A DNA stretch of 35,835 nucleotides, taken from positions 1 through 35,835 of the forward strand of contig JAFDHU010000012.1 in NCBI GenBank assembly GCA_019308625.1. Direction: 5' to 3'. Below, piece by piece: positions 7,649 through 16,171 of the stretch. The position numbers and the translations under genes were made by a program. The stretch comes from Deltaproteobacteria bacterium. Lineage in GTDB: Bacteria > Desulfobacterota > Desulfobaccia > Desulfobaccales > 0-14-0-80-60-11. Within the stretch, counting starts at the first letter, position 1. Each line of letters opens with the position of its first letter. Below the pieces are notes generated by a model. That model worked only from the letters and a program-made list of their open reading frames with translations. It did no database searches and was not told the DNA's origin.

Positions 7649-8677
7649 ATGCCCAGGATAAGGGTGCCCCAGAGCTTCTCCGCCGGCTTGTTCCTGACCT
7701 ACTGCTGCCCCTCTGCCTGCCGCCACTGCCTGTATGCCTGCTCTCCTGCCTGGCCTGCCGACTGGCCTGGATTGGAGGAGCTGGAAGCCTGTCTGGCTGC
7801 CCTGAGTCGTCGCCTCCGGCCCCACCCCTGGGGCCCGCGGACGGTCGGCTTCAACTACGGACTGCATTTCACCGGAGGAGAGCCCTTTTTGAACTTTGAG
7901 CTGCTGTTGGATGGGGTGCGCTTGGCTTCCGAGTACCGCCTCCCCTCCCTGTTTGTGGAAACCAACTGCTTCTGGTGCCGGGACGATGACCTCACTCGGG
8001 ATCGGCTCCTTGCCTTGAAGGGGGCCGGGTTGCATGGACTTCTTGTTTCCGTAAACCCTTTTACCGTAGAGCGCATTCCCTTCGAGCGCCTGGAGCGGGC
8101 CATCCGCTTGGGCCAGCAGGTATTCGGGCGCAATCTTCTAATTTATCAGGTGGAGTTTTACCACCTTTTCCGGCAACAAGGCCTCCAAGGAACCCTTCCT
8201 TTGGAAGATTTTTTGACCCTGTTCGGCCCTCGGGCCTTCGCTGGCACGACGGAGCTGTTGCTTGCTGGCCGGGCCGCCTACCGCCTGCAGCACCTGTTCC
8301 CTGTCCATCCTGCGGAGCGCTTCCTGGCCCAACCCTGCCCCACACCTTTATTGCGTAACTGGCACAACCATGTGGACAACTACGGCAACCTCCTGCCGGG
8401 CTTTTGCGGCGGCCTGTCCCTGGGTCACTGGCGTGACCTGGACCGCCTGGAAACGGAAGGCCTGGAGCTTCAAGAGTACCCCATCCTGAAGTACCTCATT
8501 TCCGGGGATATGGCCGGACTGCTGGACCTGGCCCGGGCTCATGGCTACCGGACGCGTCCAGCGGGCTACATTTCCAAGTGTCATCTCTGTCTAGATTTAA
8601 GAAAGTGTTTGGCGGATCAGGGGGACTTCCGGGAACTCCGGCCCCGGGAATTTTATAAACATCTGGAGAATGACTGA
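7649..8677 (+). CDS. radical SAM enzyme with C-terminal SPASM/twitch-like cysteine motif
   Basis: CPSACRHC (Cx3Cx2C) immediately follows the probable start MPRIRVPQSF (ATG 7649, GGGAG RBS). The SAM-binding-like FTGGEPF is present. The C-terminal part has C-x15-G-x6-C and then CHLCLDLRKC (Cx2Cx5C). The ORF as listed opens at 7532. Confidence 0.85.
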   Translation: MPRIRVPQSFSAGLFLTYCCPSACRHCLYACSPAWPADWPGLEELEACLAALSRRLRPHPWGPRTVGFNYGLHFTGGEPFLNFELLLDGVRLASEYRLPSLFVETNCFWCRDDDLTRDRLLALKGAGLHGLLVSVNPFTVERIPFERLERAIRLGQQVFGRNLLIYQVEFYHLFRQQGLQGTLPLEDFLTLFGPRAFAGTTELLLAGRAAYRLQHLFPVHPAERFLAQPCPTPLLRNWHNHVDNYGNLLPGFCGGLSLGHWRDLDRLETEGLELQEYPILKYLISGDMAGLLDLARAHGYRTRPAGYISKCHLCLDLRKCLADQGDFRELRPREFYKHLEND

Positions 8678-8814
8678 GCCGGGTCCGAACGCCCCAAAAA
8701 TCTCCCCGGAAGGTGGTGGTGGCGGAAAGGAAGCCTTACAATATGTGCAAGAAAAAAACTGCGGCAGGCCCGCGGATCAAGTCCCCGGTTTGCCGCCATG
8801 AAGTGGAGCCGCTG

Positions 8815-8988
8815 ATGAGATTCCGAATGGTGCTCCTGACTCTGTTATTGCTGGTTTTTCTGAGTTGCGCCGGTTCCAGGGATTACGTCAATCCCACCGG
8901 CGATCCCTACGGCGCCGGCCGCTCCTGGTGGGGTACCGACGCCATCTGCGCTCCGGGCTGTCCGGTGGGTATGTCGGGCTCGTGGTGA
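8815..8988 (+). CDS. small secreted lipoprotein (57 aa precursor)
   Basis: MRFRMVLLTLLLLVFLSCAG has the lipobox FLSC. A GGAG RBS lies 6 nt upstream of ATG 8815. The mature part is Gly/Pro/Trp-rich with CAPGC. Confidence 0.55.
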   Translation: MRFRMVLLTLLLLVFLSCAGSRDYVNPTGDPYGAGRSWWGTDAICAPGCPVGMSGSW

Positions 8989-9074
8989 GGGCCGGAATTT
9001 TCCCAGCGACCTCTTAGTCCGGAGTATGCTTCACAGCCTTGGGTTCCTCTGTTGCGCGTCTAGCCCAAAGGGCT

Positions 9075-9824
9075 CTATTGCGGCTTGGGAAGGGTCATAA
9101 AGAGGTGAGTGAGACCCCTTTCCAGCCGCTCATAGGCCACCACCTGCTCGGGGGCTAGGCCGAACCCGACCACAGACTTGAGCCCGGTGGCAAGATCCAG
9201 ACTGGTTTCCATTTCCCCGTGCCAGCGGCAACTGCCGTCGGCGGCCACCAGAATGGCCTCCAGGATCACATCGCTTTCAGCATCCCCCAGGATCCGACGG
9301 GCTTCCCGATCCATATCCCGCCGGCTCAGGGCCAGGCGGTTGCCTTGGCCCTCCGACTCATGGATGCTGAGCCCTTCGGATTCAGAGAGCTTGAACCCCC
9401 CGATCATGACGGCGTCCACCTGTTTCTCCCGGGCCAGGGCAATAACCTTGGTTTTATTCACCACGGCCGATTCTCGCCGAACTTCCGTCTTAAAGGTCAG
9501 GCAGGGCTCGCCTCGGCGTCCCCGGGTCACCAGCCCCAGATCGCTGAGATCCCGGGGGTCTGCCTGAACCTCGAAATTCGAGGCCGCGGCCAGTTTGGTC
9601 GCGGCCAGGGTCAGCACCGGGGAGGGGTTGTTCTGCTCATCATAGACTTGGCCGGGGAATCCCACCAGCAGCACCCTTTTGATACCGACTGCCGAGGGCC
9701 GATAAGGCGGCGTAGCGGCGCAGCCCAGGCAGAAGACCAAAGCAGCCAGTAGCGCCCCGGTGAGGCCCTGCTTGCCAAATGAACTTCTCCGATAATACAA
9801 GTTTACCTCCTGAGCCCGAGACAT
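9075..9824 (-). CDS. hypothetical lipoprotein
   Basis: ORF 9075..9899. The probable start is MSRAQEV at 9824. The hydrophobic segment ends in the lipobox FCLGC. No family recognised. Confidence 0.6.
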   Translation of the reverse strand: MSRAQEVNLYYRRSSFGKQGLTGALLAALVFCLGCAATPPYRPSAVGIKRVLLVGFPGQVYDEQNNPSPVLTLAATKLAAASNFEVQADPRDLSDLGLVTRGRRGEPCLTFKTEVRRESAVVNKTKVIALAREKQVDAVMIGGFKLSESEGLSIHESEGQGNRLALSRRDMDREARRILGDAESDVILEAILVAADGSCRWHGEMETSLDLATGLKSVVGFGLAPEQVVAYERLERGLTHLFMTLPKPQ

Positions 9825-10043
9825 TTCACCAGGGACGGGTAAAGGGGCTGTCCCTGCCCCTCTAAGACTATCAATTTCCGCCGGGGAGGCGAAAGACAAT
9901 TTTCCGGGAGTTCCACCCCGGTGACCGCCCCGGTTTCCGAGCCAAACTCGGCCAAGGCCCGCTCCTATCCCGGTTCAGCCAGGCAACCACACCAAAAAAG
10001 GGCTCTGAAATGGCCTCCTGGGCTTTGGCGTACTGAGCTTAGC

Positions 10044-11630
10044 CTAAAAAAACCACTGGGCCAAAAACCGGAAGCGGTAATCTTCCTGGTCGTTGGCGTT
10101 GTAAAGATCCCGCCTGAGCAGGCTGAAATCCGTCATGTACTTGTGGCGGTGGCCGTTCACGTAGTAGTTCAGGCCGAAGGTGTATTCCCGCAGGATGCCT
10201 TCCACCGCATTGTTGACCAGGACGCCCTTATCGTTCCGGGCCATGATATTGGTAGTATTAGGCAGCAGCCACTGGTTCTGGGGATTCCGGTCCTTCAGCC
10301 GGTTGGCGTAAGCGTAACGGGCCACCACCTCCAGCCGCTTGGGCAAAAGGAAGTAGCCGGCGGCAATGTACCAGGCCTCCCGGTGGGCGGCCAGGTCTGC
10401 GCCGTTGGGGAACCAGTTAAGGAGCCGGTAGGTTTCCCGCGCTCCTTCCCACTGCAGGGAGAAGCCCCGCCACTTGAAGCAGGCCGCCAAGTCATAGCCA
10501 TAACTTTCGGCGTTTGTCGCCCTACCCTGATAGGATACCCGATCCGCATTGGTATACATGGAATAGAGGATGTAGAACATGGGCCAGGATTTGTGGTAGT
10601 TGTAGTCCCCCTGCAGAAACAGCTCCGAATCGGTGGGACCACCGTTGGGTAAGGGGGCGAACAGGATGCGTCCGGAGTAGCAGAAGCGGTCGTCGTTCAT
10701 ATTGTCAAGGCCCCGGGTATTGACGCCGTTCCAGATGCCGAACCAGTAGCGGAAGTTGCGGGGAGCCCAGAGATTCACGTCCCCCATGAGCATGACCCCC
10801 TGGGACCGGTACAGAGTGAAGCCGCCGGTGTGGAACTTGTTGTTACTGCCGGGGGCAGGGCCGCTAAAAGGCGCCACGTTGTCGGGCCAGTTGCGGTCGT
10901 TTTCCCCGGAGAAGATGGAACGCTCCACGAAGTTAAGCTTGAACCCGGAGTTCCAGAACTCCAGGGAGTAGGGGATCTTGCCCCGGCCCACCCAGGGAAT
11001 AATGCTGCCATATTCATTTTTTATTCCCGTATAGTAGACGTTAGCGTCGTGGACATTAACCCCCCGGTCGGGCTCCAATTGGATGTGCAGGAAGTACTTG
11101 AGGTCTTTGTGAAAGGCGTTGCCATCGAAGAATAGACGTAGCCGCCGCATGCGGAAGTAAGAGGTGTTGATGGCGTCTTCGTTCACATTTTTGCCGTCAA
11201 GATATTGCCGATGGATGTCCGAGTCCCGGTCGATGTAGGTAAACCGCGGCTGGAAGGCCAGACGAATGCGGGTCCGGAATTTGCCGTCGGGCGTCTGCAT
11301 GAAGAAGCCTTTCCGGTAACCCACGATCACCTTGGGCTTGGGAACGGCTTTCGCGGCAGCCACCTGGGCCTCCTTCACTGCCTCTCGTTTGGCCTCCTCT
11401 TTGATGCGCTGCAGTTCTCGGGCGCGCCGGGCCTCCTCCTGCGCCTTCCGCGCCTTCTCCTTTTCCCGGACCTTCTGTTTCAGCTTCGCAGCCTTCTCGG
11501 GCGTGATAACCTTCTCCTCCACCAGAAGTTCCAAAAGGTCATCGGCAGAAATGGCAAGAGCCGCCCGAGGAGTAAAAGCCAGAAACAGGGCCAGGAGCAA
11601 AACGCTTACCCCTAAAAGAATCGTCCGCAT
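10044..11630 (-). CDS. outer-membrane porin (phosphate-selective porin O/P-like) with N-terminal coiled-coil segment
   Basis: AAGGAGG RBS 8 nt before ATG 11630. Signal peptide MRTILLGVSVLLLALFLAFTPRAALA. Lys/Glu-rich helix (KLKQKVREKEKARKAQEEARRARELQRIKEEAKRE). The body is Tyr/Gly/Asn-rich and beta-barrel-like. The C-terminus is aromatic (FLAQWFF). Confidence 0.8.
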   Translation of the reverse strand: MRTILLGVSVLLLALFLAFTPRAALAISADDLLELLVEEKVITPEKAAKLKQKVREKEKARKAQEEARRARELQRIKEEAKREAVKEAQVAAAKAVPKPKVIVGYRKGFFMQTPDGKFRTRIRLAFQPRFTYIDRDSDIHRQYLDGKNVNEDAINTSYFRMRRLRLFFDGNAFHKDLKYFLHIQLEPDRGVNVHDANVYYTGIKNEYGSIIPWVGRGKIPYSLEFWNSGFKLNFVERSIFSGENDRNWPDNVAPFSGPAPGSNNKFHTGGFTLYRSQGVMLMGDVNLWAPRNFRYWFGIWNGVNTRGLDNMNDDRFCYSGRILFAPLPNGGPTDSELFLQGDYNYHKSWPMFYILYSMYTNADRVSYQGRATNAESYGYDLAACFKWRGFSLQWEGARETYRLLNWFPNGADLAAHREAWYIAAGYFLLPKRLEVVARYAYANRLKDRNPQNQWLLPNTTNIMARNDKGVLVNNAVEGILREYTFGLNYYVNGHRHKYMTDFSLLRRDLYNANDQEDYRFRFLAQWFF

Positions 11631-11647
11631 ACCATTATCCTCCTTTC

Positions 11648-11661
11648 TCCCCATGATAAGG
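11648..11661. repeat. 14-nt exact direct repeat, copy 1 (TCCCCATGATAAGG on plus strand)
   Basis: Identical to 11855-11868. It sits immediately upstream of the porin RBS on the minus strand (CCTTATCATGGGGA). Confidence 0.9.
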
Positions 11662-11703
11662 CTTCCGGCTAACCCCACGCAAAATCCTTACCGGACAGCA
11701 GTA

Positions 11704-11720
11704 ATTCAAGCTGTATACCA
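11704..11720 (-). promoter_or_regulatory. weak sigma-54-type promoter candidate upstream of the porin gene
   Basis: The minus strand reads TGGTATACAGCTTGAAT, against the consensus TGGCAC-N5-TTGC. GG to TTG spacing is correct but the -12 C is replaced by A. An AT-rich tract lies just upstream (11745-11800). Confidence 0.2.
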
Positions 11721-11854
11721 CGGTAGGGAGAGACAGTTGTGAGGCTATCTATCTGAAATAAAATGGTAAATTAAAATATAAATAAATCGGGGTAGGCCAT
11801 TTCGGAGGACCCCCGCCAAGTTTTTTTACAGGGTGTAAAATGAAGAACTGAGAT

Positions 11855-11868
11855 TCCCCATGATAAGG
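11855..11868. repeat. 14-nt exact direct repeat, copy 2
   Basis: TCCCCATGATAAGG, identical to 11648-11661 and 207 nt away, within the long non-coding spacer. Confidence 0.9.
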
Positions 11869-12149
11869 TCGCGACCATCTGATAGCTGATTGCCGCATTG
11901 AATCAAGAACACCGCTTGGAGACATCCATGCCCGACCACGGTTCGCCGCCTTTGCCCAGGGTGGAAGGACTGCCTCTCTCGGGGAGGCGTTACAGCAATG
12001 GGGCGACGCTGTCCTTTATATGGGTTCGGGGGATAAAAAGATTCTTCATGGCCATATCACTCTTGCTCCAGGTTCTTTTCTTCCTAATTCCAAACCGGCC
12101 ATAACCGCACTACCTGGGGTGAAGTTAAAATTTCATCCCCTTTACCGGA

Positions 12150-14984
12150 TCAGGCCTTGGTTACCTGGGCTTTGACCAGTTTCAACGGGGGGGTTCCGGC
12201 ATAAATATCCGAAACGTTGGGAGGCAGTAATGCCCCCACCCCTTTGGTGCCCCCCATGCGGGGATATTTGGGGTCAGCCTCCAAGCCCCGGATATGGCCA
12301 AAACCGCCGCCCATGCCCATTACTCCCTGGCGGATAAACCAGGTGACATGGGCCTCGGTGGTGATGCGCCCCCAAGGCGACTCCACCATCACCATATCAC
12401 CGTTCTTAATGCCCCGGGCCTTGGCGTCCAGATAATTAATCCAGACGGGGTTTTTCCCTACCTGGGACATGAGGAAATAGTTGTTCTGGGTGCTGGTGTG
12501 CTCGTGGAGAGCAAAGCGGAAGTTGCCTAGCAGCAAGGGAAAGTCGGCGTCGGGCCTGAGATCCGGCCAGTCGGCATATGGATCTTTATAATCCGGCAGC
12601 GGATCAATGCCTTTTTCCTCCGCCACCGGGTTTTTGAAGTTGTACTTGCCGGTTTTGGTCTTGCCCGAAGCGCCATACCCCTCCGGCGGATTCAGACTTC
12701 CCCATTTCTTATACTTGTAGTATTCAGCCGTATCAGTAATCAGATAGCCCTTGGCTTTCAAATCTTCCAGGCTCCAGGGGGTGCCAGCCAGTTGGTTGGC
12801 CATGGCCTCTTCATCGCTTTTCCAGGGGAGGTATTGTCCCATACCCAGGCGCTTGCCGATCTCGGTGAAGATGTAGAAATCCGGGCGGCTGTCATACAGG
12901 GGCTCGATGCACTTCTGGGTGATACAAATGGCGGCGTCATAGCCCCATTCGGAATACACCCGGCTCATCTCCATGGTGGACACCGACGGCAGCACTATGT
13001 GGGAGAGGACCGCAGTATTGCACATAAAGGCATCAATGGTGACCACAAACTTGAGTTTTTTTATGGCCTCTTCGGTGGCTTGGCAATTGGTCCAGGAAAG
13101 GACCGGATCGCCCCAGTAATTGACCAAGGCCTCAATGCGCCCGGCAGCCACATCCCGGGGGAAGTTGGGATGGACATAACCGGCCCACATCTTCATTTTG
13201 TGCATTTTTTCTGTCTTCTTCTCGGGCGGCTTTTCCTGTCCCGGCCCCCAGGCGCTTTTGAGCTTCCGTTTGAAGGGCAGGCTGGGGCCGCCGGGGGCGT
13301 CATAGGTGCCCAACAGACCGTTGATGGCCCACACTGCCATGGAGCCGTAGAAGGCGTTGGGGCTTTGAGCCACGCCGGTCCAGGAGACCACAGTGGGATG
13401 CTCGGCTTCGGCCAGTTCCCGGGCTATTCTTTCAATGGTGGCCGCCGGCACGTCACAAATCTTTTCCGCCCATTCCGGGGTGCGGGCCACGCCGTCTTCC
13501 TCGCCCAGCAGCCGGCGCTTGAACTCCTCAAACCCATACGTCCAGTTCTCAACGAATTCCTTGTTATAGAGATTATTTTTCACCAGTACATAGCAGATGG
13601 CCATGGCCATGGCGCCATCCGTGCTCGGCTTGATGGGCAGCCATTCCGTGGCCGCGGCTGCAGTTTCCGAGCGGCGGGGATCCACCACCACCAGTTTGGC
13701 CCCCCGATCCAGAGCATCCCTGAGGTATTTGAGTTTGCGTTGCGACTGGCTGCAGGCGAATTCATTGTGGCCGAAATTCAGAATGTAGTCGGACTCCCGG
13801 TAATCAATCCAGGGGCGCTTGTCGTTGAGATTGTGCTCATTGGCCATGCGCATGGGATTGTCGCACATGGTGCGATGGGTCACCATGTGGGCGCCGTAGG
13901 CCTTGAAAATCCCTTCGGTGAGCCAGTTGTTAAAATCATTGCCCCGCAGAAAGACCACTCTTTCTGAGTCAATAGAATTCAAACCGGCACCGACGCGATC
14001 CAGGGCCTCCTCCCAGGAGGCCTTGCGGAAACGGCCGTTTTCCCGGATCAGGGGGGTTTTCAGGCGATAGGCGCTGTAGGTGATGTAATGCGCGCTCCCC
14101 CCCTTGGGGCAGAGGCGACCGAGGCTGCGGATATCCCCTTCCAAGCCTGTGATGCCGGTGATGATCCCGTCTTTGACTTTGACGCTCATGCCACATTGGG
14201 CATTGCAGTGGTAACAATGGGTGGGCACCATCTTGTCCGGAGCTTCCGGCACCGCACCCTCAGCCAAGGTAAAGAGGTCCCGGCTCAGGTTCAGGACGCT
14301 TAGAGCCTGGCCCAGCATGACGAAGGCCTCCTGCCGGCTGGCCTCCGGCGCCAGGGCCAGGGCCCGGTCATGGAAAAAGGTCGCCAGGAGGACATCGGCC
14401 AGGGCTTTGTAGAAAGGACTCTGGGCGCTGTTATCCAGGACGGCGCAAAATTCCGGTAACCAGCCCATCAGGTGCTCCCGGCGAAAATCGTCTAATAGCT
14501 TCACCATTTCCGGAGCGCCGTCGTCGGCGGCGGCAATAATCCCGGCCAGGTGGCTCATAAACTCTAGTTCCACGGCCAAGTGGTCATCCAGGTCAGGATA
14601 AGCAGGAGATTTGTGCACGCCTGCCTGACGGTAGAACTTGCGCACTTCCGGCACCGCCCCCATTACCACCGGCTGCCGCAAAAGGTAACAGGAAGCATAG
14701 GGGAAGGCAGGGTTTGCCCCGGCATTAAGAAAGATATCGGCATATTCGTAACGCCAAGCCGGCCAGTCCTGAGGGCTGGCCTGCTCCAAAGAGGCCAGGA
14801 GTTTTCCCCAGGCGGCCTTGAGGTCAGCCAAGGGGCAGTGGTTGCCAAAGTCTTGGAGGGCCTGGCGGAACTCCGTTCCCCGAAGTTTGTCGAACAATTC
14901 CTGAGAAATTTCGTCCCGGAGTATCGTGGACAAGAAATTATAAATCTGCGACCTGGCCCGGTGCAGTGGTTTGATATCACTCAT
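12150..14984 (-). CDS. molybdopterin (bis-MGD) oxidoreductase catalytic subunit fused to an N-terminal TorD/DmsD/NarJ-like chaperone domain
   Basis: 944 aa with an AAGGAGAGG RBS. Residues 1 to about 215 carry the TorD-family signature (YPDLDDHLAVELEFMSHL). From residue about 252, MVPTHCYHCNAQCGM...GRLCPKG is the Cx2Cx3C...C 4Fe-4S motif of the Mo/W bis-PGD family. A long MopB body follows, with probable Mo-ligand region HRTMCDNP and a C-terminal beta-barrel domain. No twin-arginine signal. Confidence 0.85.
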   Translation of the reverse strand: MSDIKPLHRARSQIYNFLSTILRDEISQELFDKLRGTEFRQALQDFGNHCPLADLKAAWGKLLASLEQASPQDWPAWRYEYADIFLNAGANPAFPYASCYLLRQPVVMGAVPEVRKFYRQAGVHKSPAYPDLDDHLAVELEFMSHLAGIIAAADDGAPEMVKLLDDFRREHLMGWLPEFCAVLDNSAQSPFYKALADVLLATFFHDRALALAPEASRQEAFVMLGQALSVLNLSRDLFTLAEGAVPEAPDKMVPTHCYHCNAQCGMSVKVKDGIITGITGLEGDIRSLGRLCPKGGSAHYITYSAYRLKTPLIRENGRFRKASWEEALDRVGAGLNSIDSERVVFLRGNDFNNWLTEGIFKAYGAHMVTHRTMCDNPMRMANEHNLNDKRPWIDYRESDYILNFGHNEFACSQSQRKLKYLRDALDRGAKLVVVDPRRSETAAAATEWLPIKPSTDGAMAMAICYVLVKNNLYNKEFVENWTYGFEEFKRRLLGEEDGVARTPEWAEKICDVPAATIERIARELAEAEHPTVVSWTGVAQSPNAFYGSMAVWAINGLLGTYDAPGGPSLPFKRKLKSAWGPGQEKPPEKKTEKMHKMKMWAGYVHPNFPRDVAAGRIEALVNYWGDPVLSWTNCQATEEAIKKLKFVVTIDAFMCNTAVLSHIVLPSVSTMEMSRVYSEWGYDAAICITQKCIEPLYDSRPDFYIFTEIGKRLGMGQYLPWKSDEEAMANQLAGTPWSLEDLKAKGYLITDTAEYYKYKKWGSLNPPEGYGASGKTKTGKYNFKNPVAEEKGIDPLPDYKDPYADWPDLRPDADFPLLLGNFRFALHEHTSTQNNYFLMSQVGKNPVWINYLDAKARGIKNGDMVMVESPWGRITTEAHVTWFIRQGVMGMGGGFGHIRGLEADPKYPRMGGTKGVGALLPPNVSDIYAGTPPLKLVKAQVTKA

Positions 14985-15028
14985 CAGCGCCTCTCCTTTT
15001 CGCCAACTGACTTCATTAAATCTGGCCG

Positions 15029-15403
15029 CTACAGGGCCAGAGCCTCCTTCAGATTACGTTTGGTGGCTTTGGCCACCTTGGCCACTTTGCTCTCCAGCTC
15101 TGCCGGATCCAGAGGAGTGAACAGGATTTCCTGGACACCCAGCCTGATGGCCTGCCGCAGGCAGGACAAATCGGGTGCACCGGTAATCATAAGCAAGCGC
15201 AGGTCCGGGCTGAGCTGGCGTAGCTCCTGCATCACTTCCAGGCCGGCAGGTCGGTCCACCTCCACCAAAGCCAACTCCAATTTCTGGGAACGGATGCACT
15301 CCAGGGCCGATTCTTTATCAGTAAAGTTGAAAAGCTTGTGTCCTTTTTTTCCCAGAACCTCTCTTATTTCCGGGTTATCCGCCCAAAGCAGGACGTTAGC
15401 CAC
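15029..15403 (-). CDS. stand-alone receiver-like domain protein (atypical)
   Basis: 124 aa; GTG start with an AAGGAGG RBS 7 nt upstream. CheY-like pattern (LALVEVD, LLMITG), but the N-terminal acidic pair is AD and the conserved Lys position reads FTP instead of KP. Confidence 0.7.
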   Translation of the reverse strand: MANVLLWADNPEIREVLGKKGHKLFNFTDKESALECIRSQKLELALVEVDRPAGLEVMQELRQLSPDLRLLMITGAPDLSCLRQAIRLGVQEILFTPLDPAELESKVAKVAKATKRNLKEALAL

Positions 15404-15517
15404 GGTTTAACCTCCTTTCCTCTCTGACTTTTTCAAGGTCCCAAGTCCCCCGACTCGGAGAAATGCCCTGTCGCCTCCCTTGCACCCAGACCCCAGCCTC
15501 CCGCCTTTACCTGATGG

Positions 15518-16111
15518 TTACTTCACCCTGGTCTTGGATTCCGCCGCCAGATCAACCAGGCTCTTCATCTCCTGGAGCTGCTCCTCATAGGAATCCAGGA
15601 TGACCTTGATGCGGCGGAAAAAGGGCAGCCGGTACTTGACCCGTTTGAACAGGAAGTAGGCCGCCACATAGACCACCAGAAACATCACCATGAAGTTGAC
15701 GCTTATACCGATCAGGGGGATAGGGAACTCCACCTCCAGGAAGCGGAACTGCATCCAGGCCAAAGCGAAGGGGATGGGCCAAAGAAAGGCGGCCGACAGG
15801 GCAATCTGCTGGAAAAAGGATTTGCCGAAGGCATCGTTGGCCAGCTTGTTGGCCGCGGCATAGGCCTGCTCATCTCCGGCCTTGAGGGCATCCACCGAGA
15901 TGTTCTGGTACTTCACCACTTCCCGAGTGAATTGGTCAATATGCCTCTTGTTGGCCAGAAAAGCCAAGGAAATGGAAAACTCCCCCAGAATCAGGACGAT
16001 GACGGCCAGCACAAAGGTGCCGATAAAGAAGTCCGGCAGGGCGTGGCCCGTGAGCCGGTAAAACCAGATCAGGTATGGGTCCAGGACCCTGAAGAAAACG
16101 GGCATGTCCAC
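15518..16111 (-). CDS. hypothetical integral membrane protein
   Basis: 197 aa with about 4 hydrophobic helices and an amphipathic central segment. GTG start with a GGGAG RBS. No family recognised. Confidence 0.65.
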   Translation of the reverse strand: MDMPVFFRVLDPYLIWFYRLTGHALPDFFIGTFVLAVIVLILGEFSISLAFLANKRHIDQFTREVVKYQNISVDALKAGDEQAYAAANKLANDAFGKSFFQQIALSAAFLWPIPFALAWMQFRFLEVEFPIPLIGISVNFMVMFLVVYVAAYFLFKRVKYRLPFFRRIKVILDSYEEQLQEMKSLVDLAAESKTRVK

Positions 16112-16171
16112 GGCTTGCTCCCAAGCGGTGGGGCCGATCCGGCCGGCCCCACCCTATTGCTTTCTCCATTT

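Noticed and set aside
9921-10652. 243-aa plus-strand ORF
   Set aside because: It is antisense to the porin gene, which has a signal peptide, an RBS and a C-terminal aromatic motif.
11898-12104. 68-aa plus-strand ORF in the long spacer
   Set aside because: It has a TTG start without an RBS, odd composition and no motifs, so I treated the region as non-coding.
12792-13967. 391-aa plus-strand ORF
   Set aside because: It lies entirely inside, and antisense to, the molybdopterin oxidoreductase gene. Its Gly/His/Pro-rich composition has no recognisable domain.
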